From Deltaproteobacteria bacterium (GTDB lineage Bacteria; Desulfobacterota; GWC2-55-46; JADFVP01): a DNA stretch of 59,565 nt. Positions 16,849-25,279 of this stretch are shown here, in pieces. The notes under the pieces were generated by a model. It made no database searches. It was given only the letters and a program-made list of their open reading frames with translations, and was not told where the DNA came from. Positions within the stretch are counted from its first letter, which is position 1, and every line of letters begins with the position of its first letter. The translations under genes and the position numbers were made by a program. Location: NCBI GenBank assembly GCA_024275045.1, contig JAJRZX010000073.1, positions 1 through 59,565 of the forward strand. Direction: 5' to 3'.

Positions 16849-17051
16849 TTTTTTTGTCTTTTTTAGTAAATCTGCAAATGTTTTTATTTTTTTGGGTTGG
16901 TTGTGCCCATACGGCCTACAAATTGTTGAAGATTTTGTCCGATTTTCCCCTATTACAGACAGAGCAGGCTGTAACTAAATTTTCAAACGAATCTTCTCCC
17001 CCTGCAACATGAGGTATTTTGTGGTCACATCCCCCTGTTGGTTTTCTTTAT

Positions 17052-17081
17052 CTTACTTTCTTTTTTCCAAAAGAAAGTAAG
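17052..17081. other. Perfect 13-bp-stem hairpin CTTACTTTCTTTT-TTCC-AAAAGAAAGTAAG in the spacer between the ABC ATPase and permease
   Basis: Read directly from the sequence. It begins 3 nt after the ATPase stop codon. Confidence 0.8.
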
Positions 17082-17084
17082 GGT

Positions 17085-17813
17085 TTATTGCCGTGCGATC
17101 TTTAGAAAGACCTCTTCAAGGTCTTGTGCATTAAATTGTTCAAGGAGCCGCACCGGCTCGTCTACCGCGAGTATTTCACCTTTATTCATGAATATTATCC
17201 TGTGAGAGAGCTCTTCCATCTCGGCCATATTATGTGAAGTATAGAGTATGGAGATGTTTTTTTCTTTATTTAGTTTTTTTAGCAGCGCCCGTGTCTTATC
17301 GGCCATATCCGGGTCAAGTGAGGCCGTGGGTTCATCAAGAAAGAGAATTTCCGGCTCGTTAAGAAGGGCCTTGGCAAGGCAAACCCTTGTCATCTGTCCT
17401 GATGAGAGTCTTCTTGTGGACTGCTTTCTGATGTCCTCAATCTCGAATACGCTCAGGAGTTCGTTTATCTTGTCCTTGATTTTTTTAATCCCGTAAAGGC
17501 GCGCAAAGACCTTGAGGTTCTCTTCCACTGTAAGTGAGAAGGGCAGGGAGATGTAGGATGAGGAAAAATTCACTCTGCCAAGTATGGCCTCGCGGTCTGT
17601 TTTCATGGTAAGACCGAAGATACGTACCTGCCCGCTTGTGGGGGTGGTAAGGTCAAGGAGCATCTGCATGGTCGTGGTCTTGCCCGCGCCATTGGGGCCG
17701 ATAAGGCCAAGTATCTCCCCTGCGTACATCTTAAAGGATATGGAGTTAACGGCTGTTATGCCGTTAAAGGTCTTTGTGAGGTTACTGGTCTCAAGGAGGG
17801 TTTTTTTATCCAT
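17085..17813 (-). CDS. ABC transporter ATP-binding protein
   Basis: 242 aa. Walker A GPNGAGKTT, signature LSSGQ, Walker B ILFLDEP. Confidence 0.9.
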   Translation of the reverse strand: MDKKTLLETSNLTKTFNGITAVNSISFKMYAGEILGLIGPNGAGKTTTMQMLLDLTTPTSGQVRIFGLTMKTDREAILGRVNFSSSYISLPFSLTVEENLKVFARLYGIKKIKDKINELLSVFEIEDIRKQSTRRLSSGQMTRVCLAKALLNEPEILFLDEPTASLDPDMADKTRALLKKLNKEKNISILYTSHNMAEMEELSHRIIFMNKGEILAVDEPVRLLEQFNAQDLEEVFLKIARQ

Positions 17814-18190
17814 AAACCATTATTCCGTTAGTTAATGCCCTCATTATAAAGACTCGTTTTTTTGCTGTACAGAGGTGAGGGGTGTGTTCTTTTTCGGAGT
17901 AAAGCTCAATCTTCGCGCAGTGGTTCTGCGCTTTTTAAAGGCTCTGCACAGTGGTTTTTTATATAAATTATCTTACACCTATTTAGAAAAAATAACAGAA
18001 AAACCATGCTCTTACAATAAGTTTTGGAGCCCTTGGCAGTGCGGAACAAGTCTTTGTTTTTTTAGCGCTTAAGCATCTTGCCGTAAGCCCTTGCTCCCCA
18101 TATTATTTTTTCTCCTGCGATTTACAGCCCCAGGTAATTGTGTTATCCTTAAATTAATCACCACTACGCAACTTATCGAGTGAGGTCTTT

Positions 18191-20356
18191 ATGAATGTAC
18201 GTGAATTTAAAAAAGAGCTTCAGGTTCATATAGAGGCAAGGTATCCCATTCTCTGGCTTGTGTCTTTTGAGGAGCGGAGAATTGAGAAGATTCTTGAGGA
18301 AATGTCCGAGTCCATGAAAATGGTCTACTGGACGTGGTCTGTATCAAAAGGGCTTTACGGCGGAGAGAAGAAAAAGAGAGAGAAGATGGGGCGCGAGAAG
18401 ATTCTCATTAATATTGAGGAGCGTTTCGCGAGAAGCGAGGAGGTTAATAACCTCTTTCTCCTAAAAGACATATCCGGTTACTTTAACTCCCATGAGTTTC
18501 TGCGCCGTTTTCGAGATCTTCCGGCGGCTATTGAGGATAACCGCGCGCTTAATACCATCTGCATACTCTCACCTACGCTTGGCGACGTGCCCCCTGAGCT
18601 TGAGGAGGACATTATTGTCCTGGAGTTGTCGCTCCCTGATTACGAGGAAATCGCAGAGCTTGTTAACGCCACATACGGCCACCTTATACCTGAATCATGG
18701 TCAACTGCGACTCGCTCTATCCTCTATATGTCACTTCAGGGCCTATCCCTTGATAATGTAAAAAGGGTAATACGAAAGGCCGTAAGCCTGAATAACGGCG
18801 TGCTTAACGAGGACTGCATACAGTACATTCAGTCTGAGAAGCAGCAGATAATCCGCAAGCAGAAGATACTGGACTACTATCCCTTTAAAGAGACCATAGA
18901 GCATATCGGCGGTCTTGAGGAGATAAAAAAGTGGTTTGTTGAGAGAGAGCACATCTTCAGGCTCTCCAATGAGAAGATGAAGACCCTGGGCCTTGATATC
19001 CCAAAGGGGCTTCTCCTTATCGGCGTGCCGGGCTCAGGTAAGAGCCTCTGCTGCAAGGCACTGGCCGGTATTTGGAATCTGCCGTTGCTGCGCCTTGACG
19101 TAGGCCGTCTCTTTGGCTCCACAGTGGGAGAGTCGGAGAAAAACATTCGCCGCTGCATCCAGCTCAGCGAGGCCATCAGCCCATGCGTACTCTGGATAGA
19201 CGAGATTGATAAGGCATTTGGCGGTATCGGCGGTTATCAGGGAGACTCGGGCACGCAGCTTCGCGTCTTCGGTACCTTTATCACGTGGCTGCAGGAAAAG
19301 AGTAAACCCGTCTTTGTCATATCCACGGCAAATGAGCCAAAGAACCTTCCGCCTGAGCTCTGGCGTAAGGGCCGTTATGATGAGGTCTTTTTCGTAGACC
19401 TGCCAAGCGTTGACGAGCGTGATGAGATTTTCAGGATTCATCTTGAGAAGAGGATCGGAAACATCAGCAGCCTGCATATAAGCGAGTTCGCGCAGAACAG
19501 CCACGGCTTTACAGGCGCGGAGATAGAGCAGGCAGTTAAAGACGCTATTATCACCACCTTTAATACCATCAATGAAGCGGGCGACCCCGTGGAGATGGAA
19601 AAAAAGATAGACGGCCTGCTCAGCCTTGATGTGCAGCAGTCTACCATATTAACATCCATACGCAATATTACGCCTCTCTCCGTACTTAAGAGAGAAGAGG
19701 TGGAAGAGCTTAGAAAGTGGAGCCATCAGCGTGCGCGCCCGGCCTCAAAGGCCCTGTATATCCAGAGGGCCGAGATGATGAGCGAGGCGGAAAAGCGCAG
19801 TATCGCCGTACACGAGGCAGGGCACACCCTTGCAATGATGTTCCATTACCGCAGCACCCCCATATTTGTCAGCCTTGACAACTACAGCGGGGCAGGGACT
19901 TTTATACCCAAGGACGATGCCATGAGGGCCACCTTTACCAAAAAAGACCTTGAGTGCGAGATTGGCGTAATACTTGGCGGCATGGTGGCAGAAGAAGAGC
20001 TTGGCGGTACGGGCTCGCAGACTGTTGGGGCATCGCAGGACCTTATGCACGCAACTGAAATTGCGCGAAGAATGGTGGTGGAGTACGGCTTTGGCGAGAA
20101 GATGAGCAACAAGAGCCTCGTGGCCCTGCAGGACTATGCCATAACCTCGGGAGTAGAGGTTCTTGACGATATACAGAAGATACTGGATAATGCCATGGAG
20201 ATGACAACGGATATAATTTCGGCAAATAACGAGGTGCTGCAGAAACTCGTGGAGGAGCTCCTTAAGGACGTGCTTATGAACGGCGAGGCCATTAACAGGT
20301 TCTTCAGCAGCAACCCCCTAAAGGTCACCTCTTTCTCAACAGGCCAGCCCGCCTGA
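18191..20356 (+). CDS. Soluble AAA+ ATPase (Ycf46-like N-terminal region and AAA module) fused to an FtsH-type M41 zinc-protease domain
   Basis: 721 aa with no TM segment. N-terminus [20 protein letters not shown]; Walker A GVPGSGKS; Walker [10 protein letters not shown]; [14 protein letters not shown]. The C-terminal part reads [10 protein letters not shown] ... [23 protein letters not shown], which is FtsH protease-like. Confidence 0.85.
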   Translation: MNVREFKKELQVHIEARYPILWLVSFEERRIEKILEEMSESMKMVYWTWSVSKGLYGGEKKKREKMGREKILINIEERFARSEEVNNLFLLKDISGYFNSHEFLRRFRDLPAAIEDNRALNTICILSPTLGDVPPELEEDIIVLELSLPDYEEIAELVNATYGHLIPESWSTATRSILYMSLQGLSLDNVKRVIRKAVSLNNGVLNEDCIQYIQSEKQQIIRKQKILDYYPFKETIEHIGGLEEIKKWFVEREHIFRLSNEKMKTLGLDIPKGLLLIGVPGSGKSLCCKALAGIWNLPLLRLDVGRLFGSTVGESEKNIRRCIQLSEAISPCVLWIDEIDKAFGGIGGYQGDSGTQLRVFGTFITWLQEKSKPVFVISTANEPKNLPPELWRKGRYDEVFFVDLPSVDERDEIFRIHLEKRIGNISSLHISEFAQNSHGFTGAEIEQAVKDAIITTFNTINEAGDPVEMEKKIDGLLSLDVQQSTILTSIRNITPLSVLKREEVEELRKWSHQRARPASKALYIQRAEMMSEAEKRSIAVHEAGHTLAMMFHYRSTPIFVSLDNYSGAGTFIPKDDAMRATFTKKDLECEIGVILGGMVAEEELGGTGSQTVGASQDLMHATEIARRMVVEYGFGEKMSNKSLVALQDYAITSGVEVLDDIQKILDNAMEMTTDIISANNEVLQKLVEELLKDVLMNGEAINRFFSSNPLKVTSFSTGQPA

Positions 20357-20528
20357 TGTTTGTTTAATATTTACCCATGTTGCCACGGCCTCTTTACGGT
20401 GACGGTAATATGAGAGAGTACTTGGGCCTGATGTTTTTTTAATGTGATAGTTTACCATAAGCGCAGACTCAGAATACGCCCTTTGCAGCTGCTGTTGTTT
20501 TAGGGGCGCTTGAACTTGGGAGGCAGAA

Positions 20529-20870
20529 ATGTCTTTTTATACCAGAATACAGACACAGCTTAAGAATAAACAGTACGTTATCGCCGCCCTTGTGGAGCTT
20601 AGAAAAAGAGGCGAGATAACAGAGTGTACCATTGATGAGAAAAAAGAGGTTATGGAGGTTGACCGTTCAGGCGATATCATCAAAGTCTCAAGGAACAAAA
20701 AAGGCGACTTTGAGCTTGGGGGCGACAACCGCGTGGTGCAGGCTTTTTCCAATAAATTAAAGCAGTTCTATGCCCTTGAGTCCATAAAAGACAACCTGCC
20801 TCTTGATTTTGAGATAGCCGAGGAAAAAGAGACCATCGCAGGCGAGATTAACATCCTCCTGAAAGGCTGA
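20529..20870 (+). CDS. DUF1257 (Ycf35)-like small protein
   Basis: 113 aa. The N-terminus MSFYTRIQTQLKNKQYVIAALVEL resembles the DUF1257 pattern as I recall it. The family is known to neighbour Ycf46-type ATPases. Confidence 0.5.
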   Translation: MSFYTRIQTQLKNKQYVIAALVELRKRGEITECTIDEKKEVMEVDRSGDIIKVSRNKKGDFELGGDNRVVQAFSNKLKQFYALESIKDNLPLDFEIAEEKETIAGEINILLKG

Positions 20871-20928
20871 GACGGCTTCTGCGTAGCGGGAATGGCCAAG
20901 TGAGGCTATGGTCAAGCATGGTGTGGCA

Positions 20929-20966
20929 GGGGGTAAGGCGGGGGTAGGATAGGGGCAACAGGGGGG
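20929..20966 (+). other. Canonical G-quadruplex motif G5-N6-G5-N7-G4-N5-G6 in the DUF1257/DUF2997 intergenic spacer, on the sense strand
   Basis: GGGGGTAAGGCGGGGGTAGGATAGGGGCAACAGGGGGG, read directly from the sequence. Confidence 0.6.
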
Positions 20967-21075
20967 CGGACGGTTTTTAAGGGTTTCAACACATGAGCAG
21001 GACATATAAGTGTTTTTTTCTGTATAAAGGGTTTATTGCGGCCTCTTTATACTTAAGAAAAGGCGGTTAAGGATA

Positions 21076-21258
21076 ATGGATAGAAAGATCAGTATCAAGA
21101 TAACAAAGGACGGTCATGTGGAGATAGACTCCACGGTATTTACGGATTGCAAGGCCGTTGCCGACCACCTGGCAGAGCATCTTGGCAAGATGGAAGAGTT
21201 TGTGGAAAAAGATGATTTTGATACTCGGGTAAAGGTGAAAATAGACTCAGAGTCTTAA
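21076..21258 (+). CDS. DUF2997-like small protein
   Basis: 60 aa. KISIKITKDGHVEIDSTVFTDCKAVADHLAEHLG fits the short beta-hairpin plus conserved Cys pattern of DUF2997. AAGGA lies upstream. Confidence 0.45.
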   Translation: MDRKISIKITKDGHVEIDSTVFTDCKAVADHLAEHLGKMEEFVEKDDFDTRVKVKIDSES

Positions 21259-21300
21259 CGGGAGCCTGCAAGGGCTCTCTTTATATAGAGTTAAGGGATT

Positions 21301-21879
21301 ATGGGAATTATTCTGAACCTACATGGTCTTATACCCATGTCAAGGGTAAACGGGCCGGGCACAAGGAGCGTGGTTTTTTTTCAGGGATGCGGCCGCGGCT
21401 GTGCGGGCTGCTTTAATACATCTACCCACGACTTTTCTCCCAATAAAACCATGACCGCGGAGCAGGTCCTCTGCCAGGTCCCAGATGGGGTCGAGGGCCT
21501 TACGATTAGCGGCGGTGAGCCTTTTGAGCAGCCTTCAGGGCTTCTGGCCCTCTTAAAGGCCGCGAGGTTTAGCCCCAGACGTACGCTCTCGGTACTTGTG
21601 TACACGGGGTTTACCTTGAAAGAGATAAAGACCGATGAGGCCCGCATGGAGGCTCTGCCATTTATCGATCTCCTTATCGCAGGCCCTTATGATGAATCAA
21701 GGCCGGAAAAGACGGCTCTTGCGCGCGGCTCTACGAACCAGACCTTTCATTTTCTCTCCCCCCGATACACTCTTAATGACCTTTATCTCCCTGCCCGCTC
21801 TGAGATAAGCATAGGGGCCGACGGCTCTCTTACGGGCACGGGATTTTCCAGACTATCATCTATTGTGGAATCAATATGA
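21301..21879 (+). CDS. NrdG-type (glycyl-radical-enzyme activase-like) radical SAM protein
   Basis: 192 aa. Motifs: NGPGTRSVVFFQGCGRGCAGCFN (CxxxCxxC), LTISGGEPF, YTGFTLKEI, LIAGPYDES, GSTNQ. Confidence 0.8.
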   Translation: MGIILNLHGLIPMSRVNGPGTRSVVFFQGCGRGCAGCFNTSTHDFSPNKTMTAEQVLCQVPDGVEGLTISGGEPFEQPSGLLALLKAARFSPRRTLSVLVYTGFTLKEIKTDEARMEALPFIDLLIAGPYDESRPEKTALARGSTNQTFHFLSPRYTLNDLYLPARSEISIGADGSLTGTGFSRLSSIVESI

Positions 21880-24527
21880 ACAGGGCCGCTGTAAAGGAGA
21901 CCATAAAGAGTCTTATGGGCAGCGATGACCGCTACGCCATCCGTGATGTCGTTGGGGTGCTCTCGCGAGATTTTACGCGCGGCGTTGAGACTATTGATAT
22001 ATTCGAGCTTGCTTTTGACCTTGTAAACCCCTTGAAAGACCCTGCGGAACGCCTGGGGCTGCTATCTTCCCTTGTAACGGGCATGCCCTGCACCGGACCC
22101 TTTACTCCTTTATATACCGCTTATATGGAGGTCTCCATACTTGCGGCAGATGCCCTGCCTGCAAAAAATCACAGGACTACGGAGCTGCTGAGGCTTGCCC
22201 GCGCCCTGCCTGCCACGGATGAGTTCGAGGGGCAGAGGGTCTCTGCTTGGAGGCTTGCCCTTGGTCTGCCCGACAGGCCGAGGTTTGAGAAACCTTCGCT
22301 GAAAGCCCTCTCTAAAGAGCTGCCCAAATCCAAGGACTATACCTTTTACAAGAGTTATACCCTTCTGGGCATAGCGGCGCAGCTGCCCACTAATCCGCCT
22401 TTTACGCATATATACCGCGAGGCCATTGAGCTTGCCATTGAGGCAAGCGGCGTTGCAGAGGAGCCGTACTACAAGAAGTACGCCCTTATATCCATAGCAA
22501 AGGAGATAGAGGGCAAGCCTGAGTTGGAAGACTTATACGTGCTGGCCTTTCGCAACGCACTGAAGGCCAGTATGGAGATGAAAGACGAGTTTGCCCGTGA
22601 GCACGCCCTTGTGGACCTATTCAGCGAGGTGCCTGTTACTGCTATTTTTTACGATCTCCTCATGGAGGTACTGGAGAAGTCTCTTGGTTTCTTTACCGTA
22701 CGCAGCCGTATGGAGGACCTTGAGATTACCGATGTAGTGGATTTTGTCCTCTCTGCCGAGGATCTCAGCCTTAAGGATTCGAAGAAAAAGAGGTTTGCCA
22801 GAGAAAAATACGCTAAACGACTGGCAAATGCCCTCCTTAAGCGAGGTAAGGATATTAAAGACACTCGTTTTATAGAGGTTCTGCGTCCCTATGCCCATGT
22901 ATGGATAAGACCTGCCGTGCTCCGTGAGGCCGTAAAGGAAGTCATCACAGGGATTGAGTCCCTTAAAAAGACCTTCCACGGACGGGAGATAGAGCGCCCG
23001 GTGCTAATAGGCGGAGAATCCCTTGCCGCTGGAAAGGCCGAGTCCGCAGCCTCCAGAAAAGCCCTCTACAAAGGCTGCGTGGCAATAGACCTTGGCGCTA
23101 CCAATACACTGGTTATGAGGAGAAAGGCCGAGGAGCCCCCCGAGTTTTTACCCTTGCCCTCAATCTCCATTAATTACGGCCATGCCGTTATAGTGCCTAC
23201 TGTTATCAGCAAAGAGACTGATACCATTGGGGCCGAGGTCATTGATGAGGACCCTGTTGTTAATATGAAACAGATGGCCCTTGAGGGCAATGATGATGCA
23301 AAGGCGCATCTGGAGAGGTTTCTGAGGATACTCTATACTCACATAGAGGGCAGTATAGTGAAACCCGGATGGTTCAAGCTCTTCTCGCAGAACCAGGGCG
23401 ATGTACTCTACATCACCGTACCAATAGGTTTTAATCTGTACAAAGATACGCTTGAAGAGATATCGCGCAAAGTCTTTAAGGGCCTTGCCGTGGAGTTTGT
23501 AGAGGAGCCGCTGGCCGCGGCCGTTGGGTATCAGGTGGCAGGCGAGGAAGACAGCGTTATTATGATGATAGATTTCGGCGGCTGCACCCTTGATTGCATG
23601 ATACTGCGGATAAATGTGGACGGGGTGCATGTTATAGCCAAGCCCGAGAGGGCGCAGGTACTTGGCGGTCATGATATAGACCGCTGGATAGCCGGTTTTC
23701 TTGCAAAAAAGGCTAATATTACGGGGCCGCCCTCACGCACTCTCCTGCTCCTTGCGGAAAAGCTCAAGATCGCTCTCTCCACGGAGAAGTCCGTGCCTTT
23801 TGAGTGGAACGGCAGAAAGATTATGGACTTTACACGGTATGACCTCGAAGAAGCCCTTGATGCCCATGACTTTTACCATGTTGTGGACCGCACCATGAAT
23901 TACGTCCTCAGAAGGGCCGTAAGGGTGGGATTACAGAAAAAATCAATAAGCGCTGTAATACTTACAGGAGGGTCATCACAGATACCTTCTTTTAAGGATA
24001 AAGTATGTGAAATTTTTACGGAGCTGCGTTCACAGAACCTTGTCTTTGACCACAGTCCCCTTACGGCGGTAGCCGAGGGCGCGGCGCTTTACGGCACAAG
24101 AGACGTGGTGGACAGGCACCTTGCCATGGCCTATGCCGTGCGGTACGCCACAGGCTCTGAAGAGGACCCCTTTTCCTACAGCATAGTTATGGAAAAAGGC
24201 GAGTCTCTGCCTGTCTCAAGGGTTTTTTCCATAGTTCCGGCAAGAAGGCTTGGTGAGCAGAAGGAGATATTCCTTGAGCTCTTTGAGGTTCCCGAGCCTC
24301 TGGTGGTAAGACGATGGGTAGAAGAGGGCGGCGTGGAGCTGCTTAAACAGAAGATAATCGATACAAGGGGGATCTCCTTAAATCTCCTAAAGTCTTTTAG
24401 ACTTCCCCTGCCCGAGGGCGCAGGCGATACGCTTACCCTGAGCCTTATTGTTGAGCAGAACGGCGGACTCTCAGTGCAGTGGGGCGGCACGGAAGAACCT
24501 ATACCAACGGGTATACGGTTACAGTAG
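21876..24527 (+). CDS. Large fusion protein: about 390-aa alpha-helical repeat N-terminal region plus an Hsp70-family ATPase and beta-sandwich substrate-binding-like domain
   Basis: 883 aa. Hsp70 motifs: VAIDLGATNTLV, MMIDFGGCTLDCMIL, VILTGGSSQIPSFKDKV. The start overlaps the activase stop (ATGA). Confidence 0.8.
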   Translation: MNRAAVKETIKSLMGSDDRYAIRDVVGVLSRDFTRGVETIDIFELAFDLVNPLKDPAERLGLLSSLVTGMPCTGPFTPLYTAYMEVSILAADALPAKNHRTTELLRLARALPATDEFEGQRVSAWRLALGLPDRPRFEKPSLKALSKELPKSKDYTFYKSYTLLGIAAQLPTNPPFTHIYREAIELAIEASGVAEEPYYKKYALISIAKEIEGKPELEDLYVLAFRNALKASMEMKDEFAREHALVDLFSEVPVTAIFYDLLMEVLEKSLGFFTVRSRMEDLEITDVVDFVLSAEDLSLKDSKKKRFAREKYAKRLANALLKRGKDIKDTRFIEVLRPYAHVWIRPAVLREAVKEVITGIESLKKTFHGREIERPVLIGGESLAAGKAESAASRKALYKGCVAIDLGATNTLVMRRKAEEPPEFLPLPSISINYGHAVIVPTVISKETDTIGAEVIDEDPVVNMKQMALEGNDDAKAHLERFLRILYTHIEGSIVKPGWFKLFSQNQGDVLYITVPIGFNLYKDTLEEISRKVFKGLAVEFVEEPLAAAVGYQVAGEEDSVIMMIDFGGCTLDCMILRINVDGVHVIAKPERAQVLGGHDIDRWIAGFLAKKANITGPPSRTLLLLAEKLKIALSTEKSVPFEWNGRKIMDFTRYDLEEALDAHDFYHVVDRTMNYVLRRAVRVGLQKKSISAVILTGGSSQIPSFKDKVCEIFTELRSQNLVFDHSPLTAVAEGAALYGTRDVVDRHLAMAYAVRYATGSEEDPFSYSIVMEKGESLPVSRVFSIVPARRLGEQKEIFLELFEVPEPLVVRRWVEEGGVELLKQKIIDTRGISLNLLKSFRLPLPEGAGDTLTLSLIVEQNGGLSVQWGGTEEPIPTGIRLQ

Positions 24528-24735
24528 TCTGCTCTCGGTTTTATCCCCCCTTTTTTTTTACCTTCTTTTTTTATCTTTGTTACTCTTTTTTGAGTCTTTG
24601 TTCCTGTGTTTTTTTTCTCTGATTATCCGGGTTTTACTTTTAACAGTGATAGGTGTCACATGAAAACCAGAGCGCGCCCTCTATAATGAATTTACCAGGA
24701 ACCGCTATCTTCACCGTACACTAAAGGAGGCGCCA

Positions 24736-25191
24736 ATGGATGCAAAGTTTCTTGCCGAGAAGGCGATAAGGCTTGCCGAGACCGGTTGTTACAGCGAGGC
24801 ATTGAGGATATTCGATAAAAACGTCTTCAGCGCTCTTAGTCCCAGGGCCCAGTCTTTTTACGCCCTATCCATGGCTACTGTGGATGAAGATTATGACCGT
24901 GCCGTTAATATGTGTTTAACGGCGGCTGCAAAGGAGTTTTATAACCCGGAGATATACCTTAACCTGGGTAAAACCCTTGTGTTAAGCGGCGCGAAGACAC
25001 GGGCCCTGAAAGCCTTTAAGAAGGGGCTGAGGTTTGATGAGGCCAATGCGCTCCTTATCGCGGAGATACGGAGGCTGGGTCACAGGCGTGCTCCGGCGAT
25101 TTCATTTCTGTCGCGAGGCAACGTCATTAACCGATTTTTCGGCATTCTTACCCATAAGGTAGGTGGGCTGGGTCTGGCACGTACCGGTTGA
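24736..25191 (+). CDS. Small TPR-like protein
   Basis: 151 aa. Helical repeat segments include YSEALRIFDK and NPEIYLNLGKTLVLSGAKTRALKAFKKGLRFD. AGGAGG lies upstream. Confidence 0.55.
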   Translation: MDAKFLAEKAIRLAETGCYSEALRIFDKNVFSALSPRAQSFYALSMATVDEDYDRAVNMCLTAAAKEFYNPEIYLNLGKTLVLSGAKTRALKAFKKGLRFDEANALLIAEIRRLGHRRAPAISFLSRGNVINRFFGILTHKVGGLGLARTG

Positions 25192-25246
25192 AGACCAATC
25201 GGGGCAGGGGTAAAAAAGGGGCAGGTAAGAGTAATCATAAATTAGA

Positions 25247-25279
25247 GACGCCGTCACAATGGACGGCGTTTTTTTTTAC
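25247..25279 (+). terminator. Rho-independent terminator closing the 18.2-25.2 kb gene string
   Basis: GACGCCGTC-acaatg-GACGGCGT followed by T9. Confidence 0.65.

Noticed and set aside
16896-16925. Possible third, degenerate copy of the 26-bp palindromic repeat (reverse strand TTGTAGGCCGTATGGGCACAACCAACC)
   Set aside because: Only the TTGTAGG and TGGGCAC blocks match. The palindrome is not preserved, so this is too weak to call.
24448-24663. 71-aa hydrophobic ORF (LLSVLSPLFFYLLFLSLLLFF...)
   Set aside because: It is a translation artefact of the polypyrimidine tract. It overlaps the end of the Hsp70-fusion gene and has no start context.
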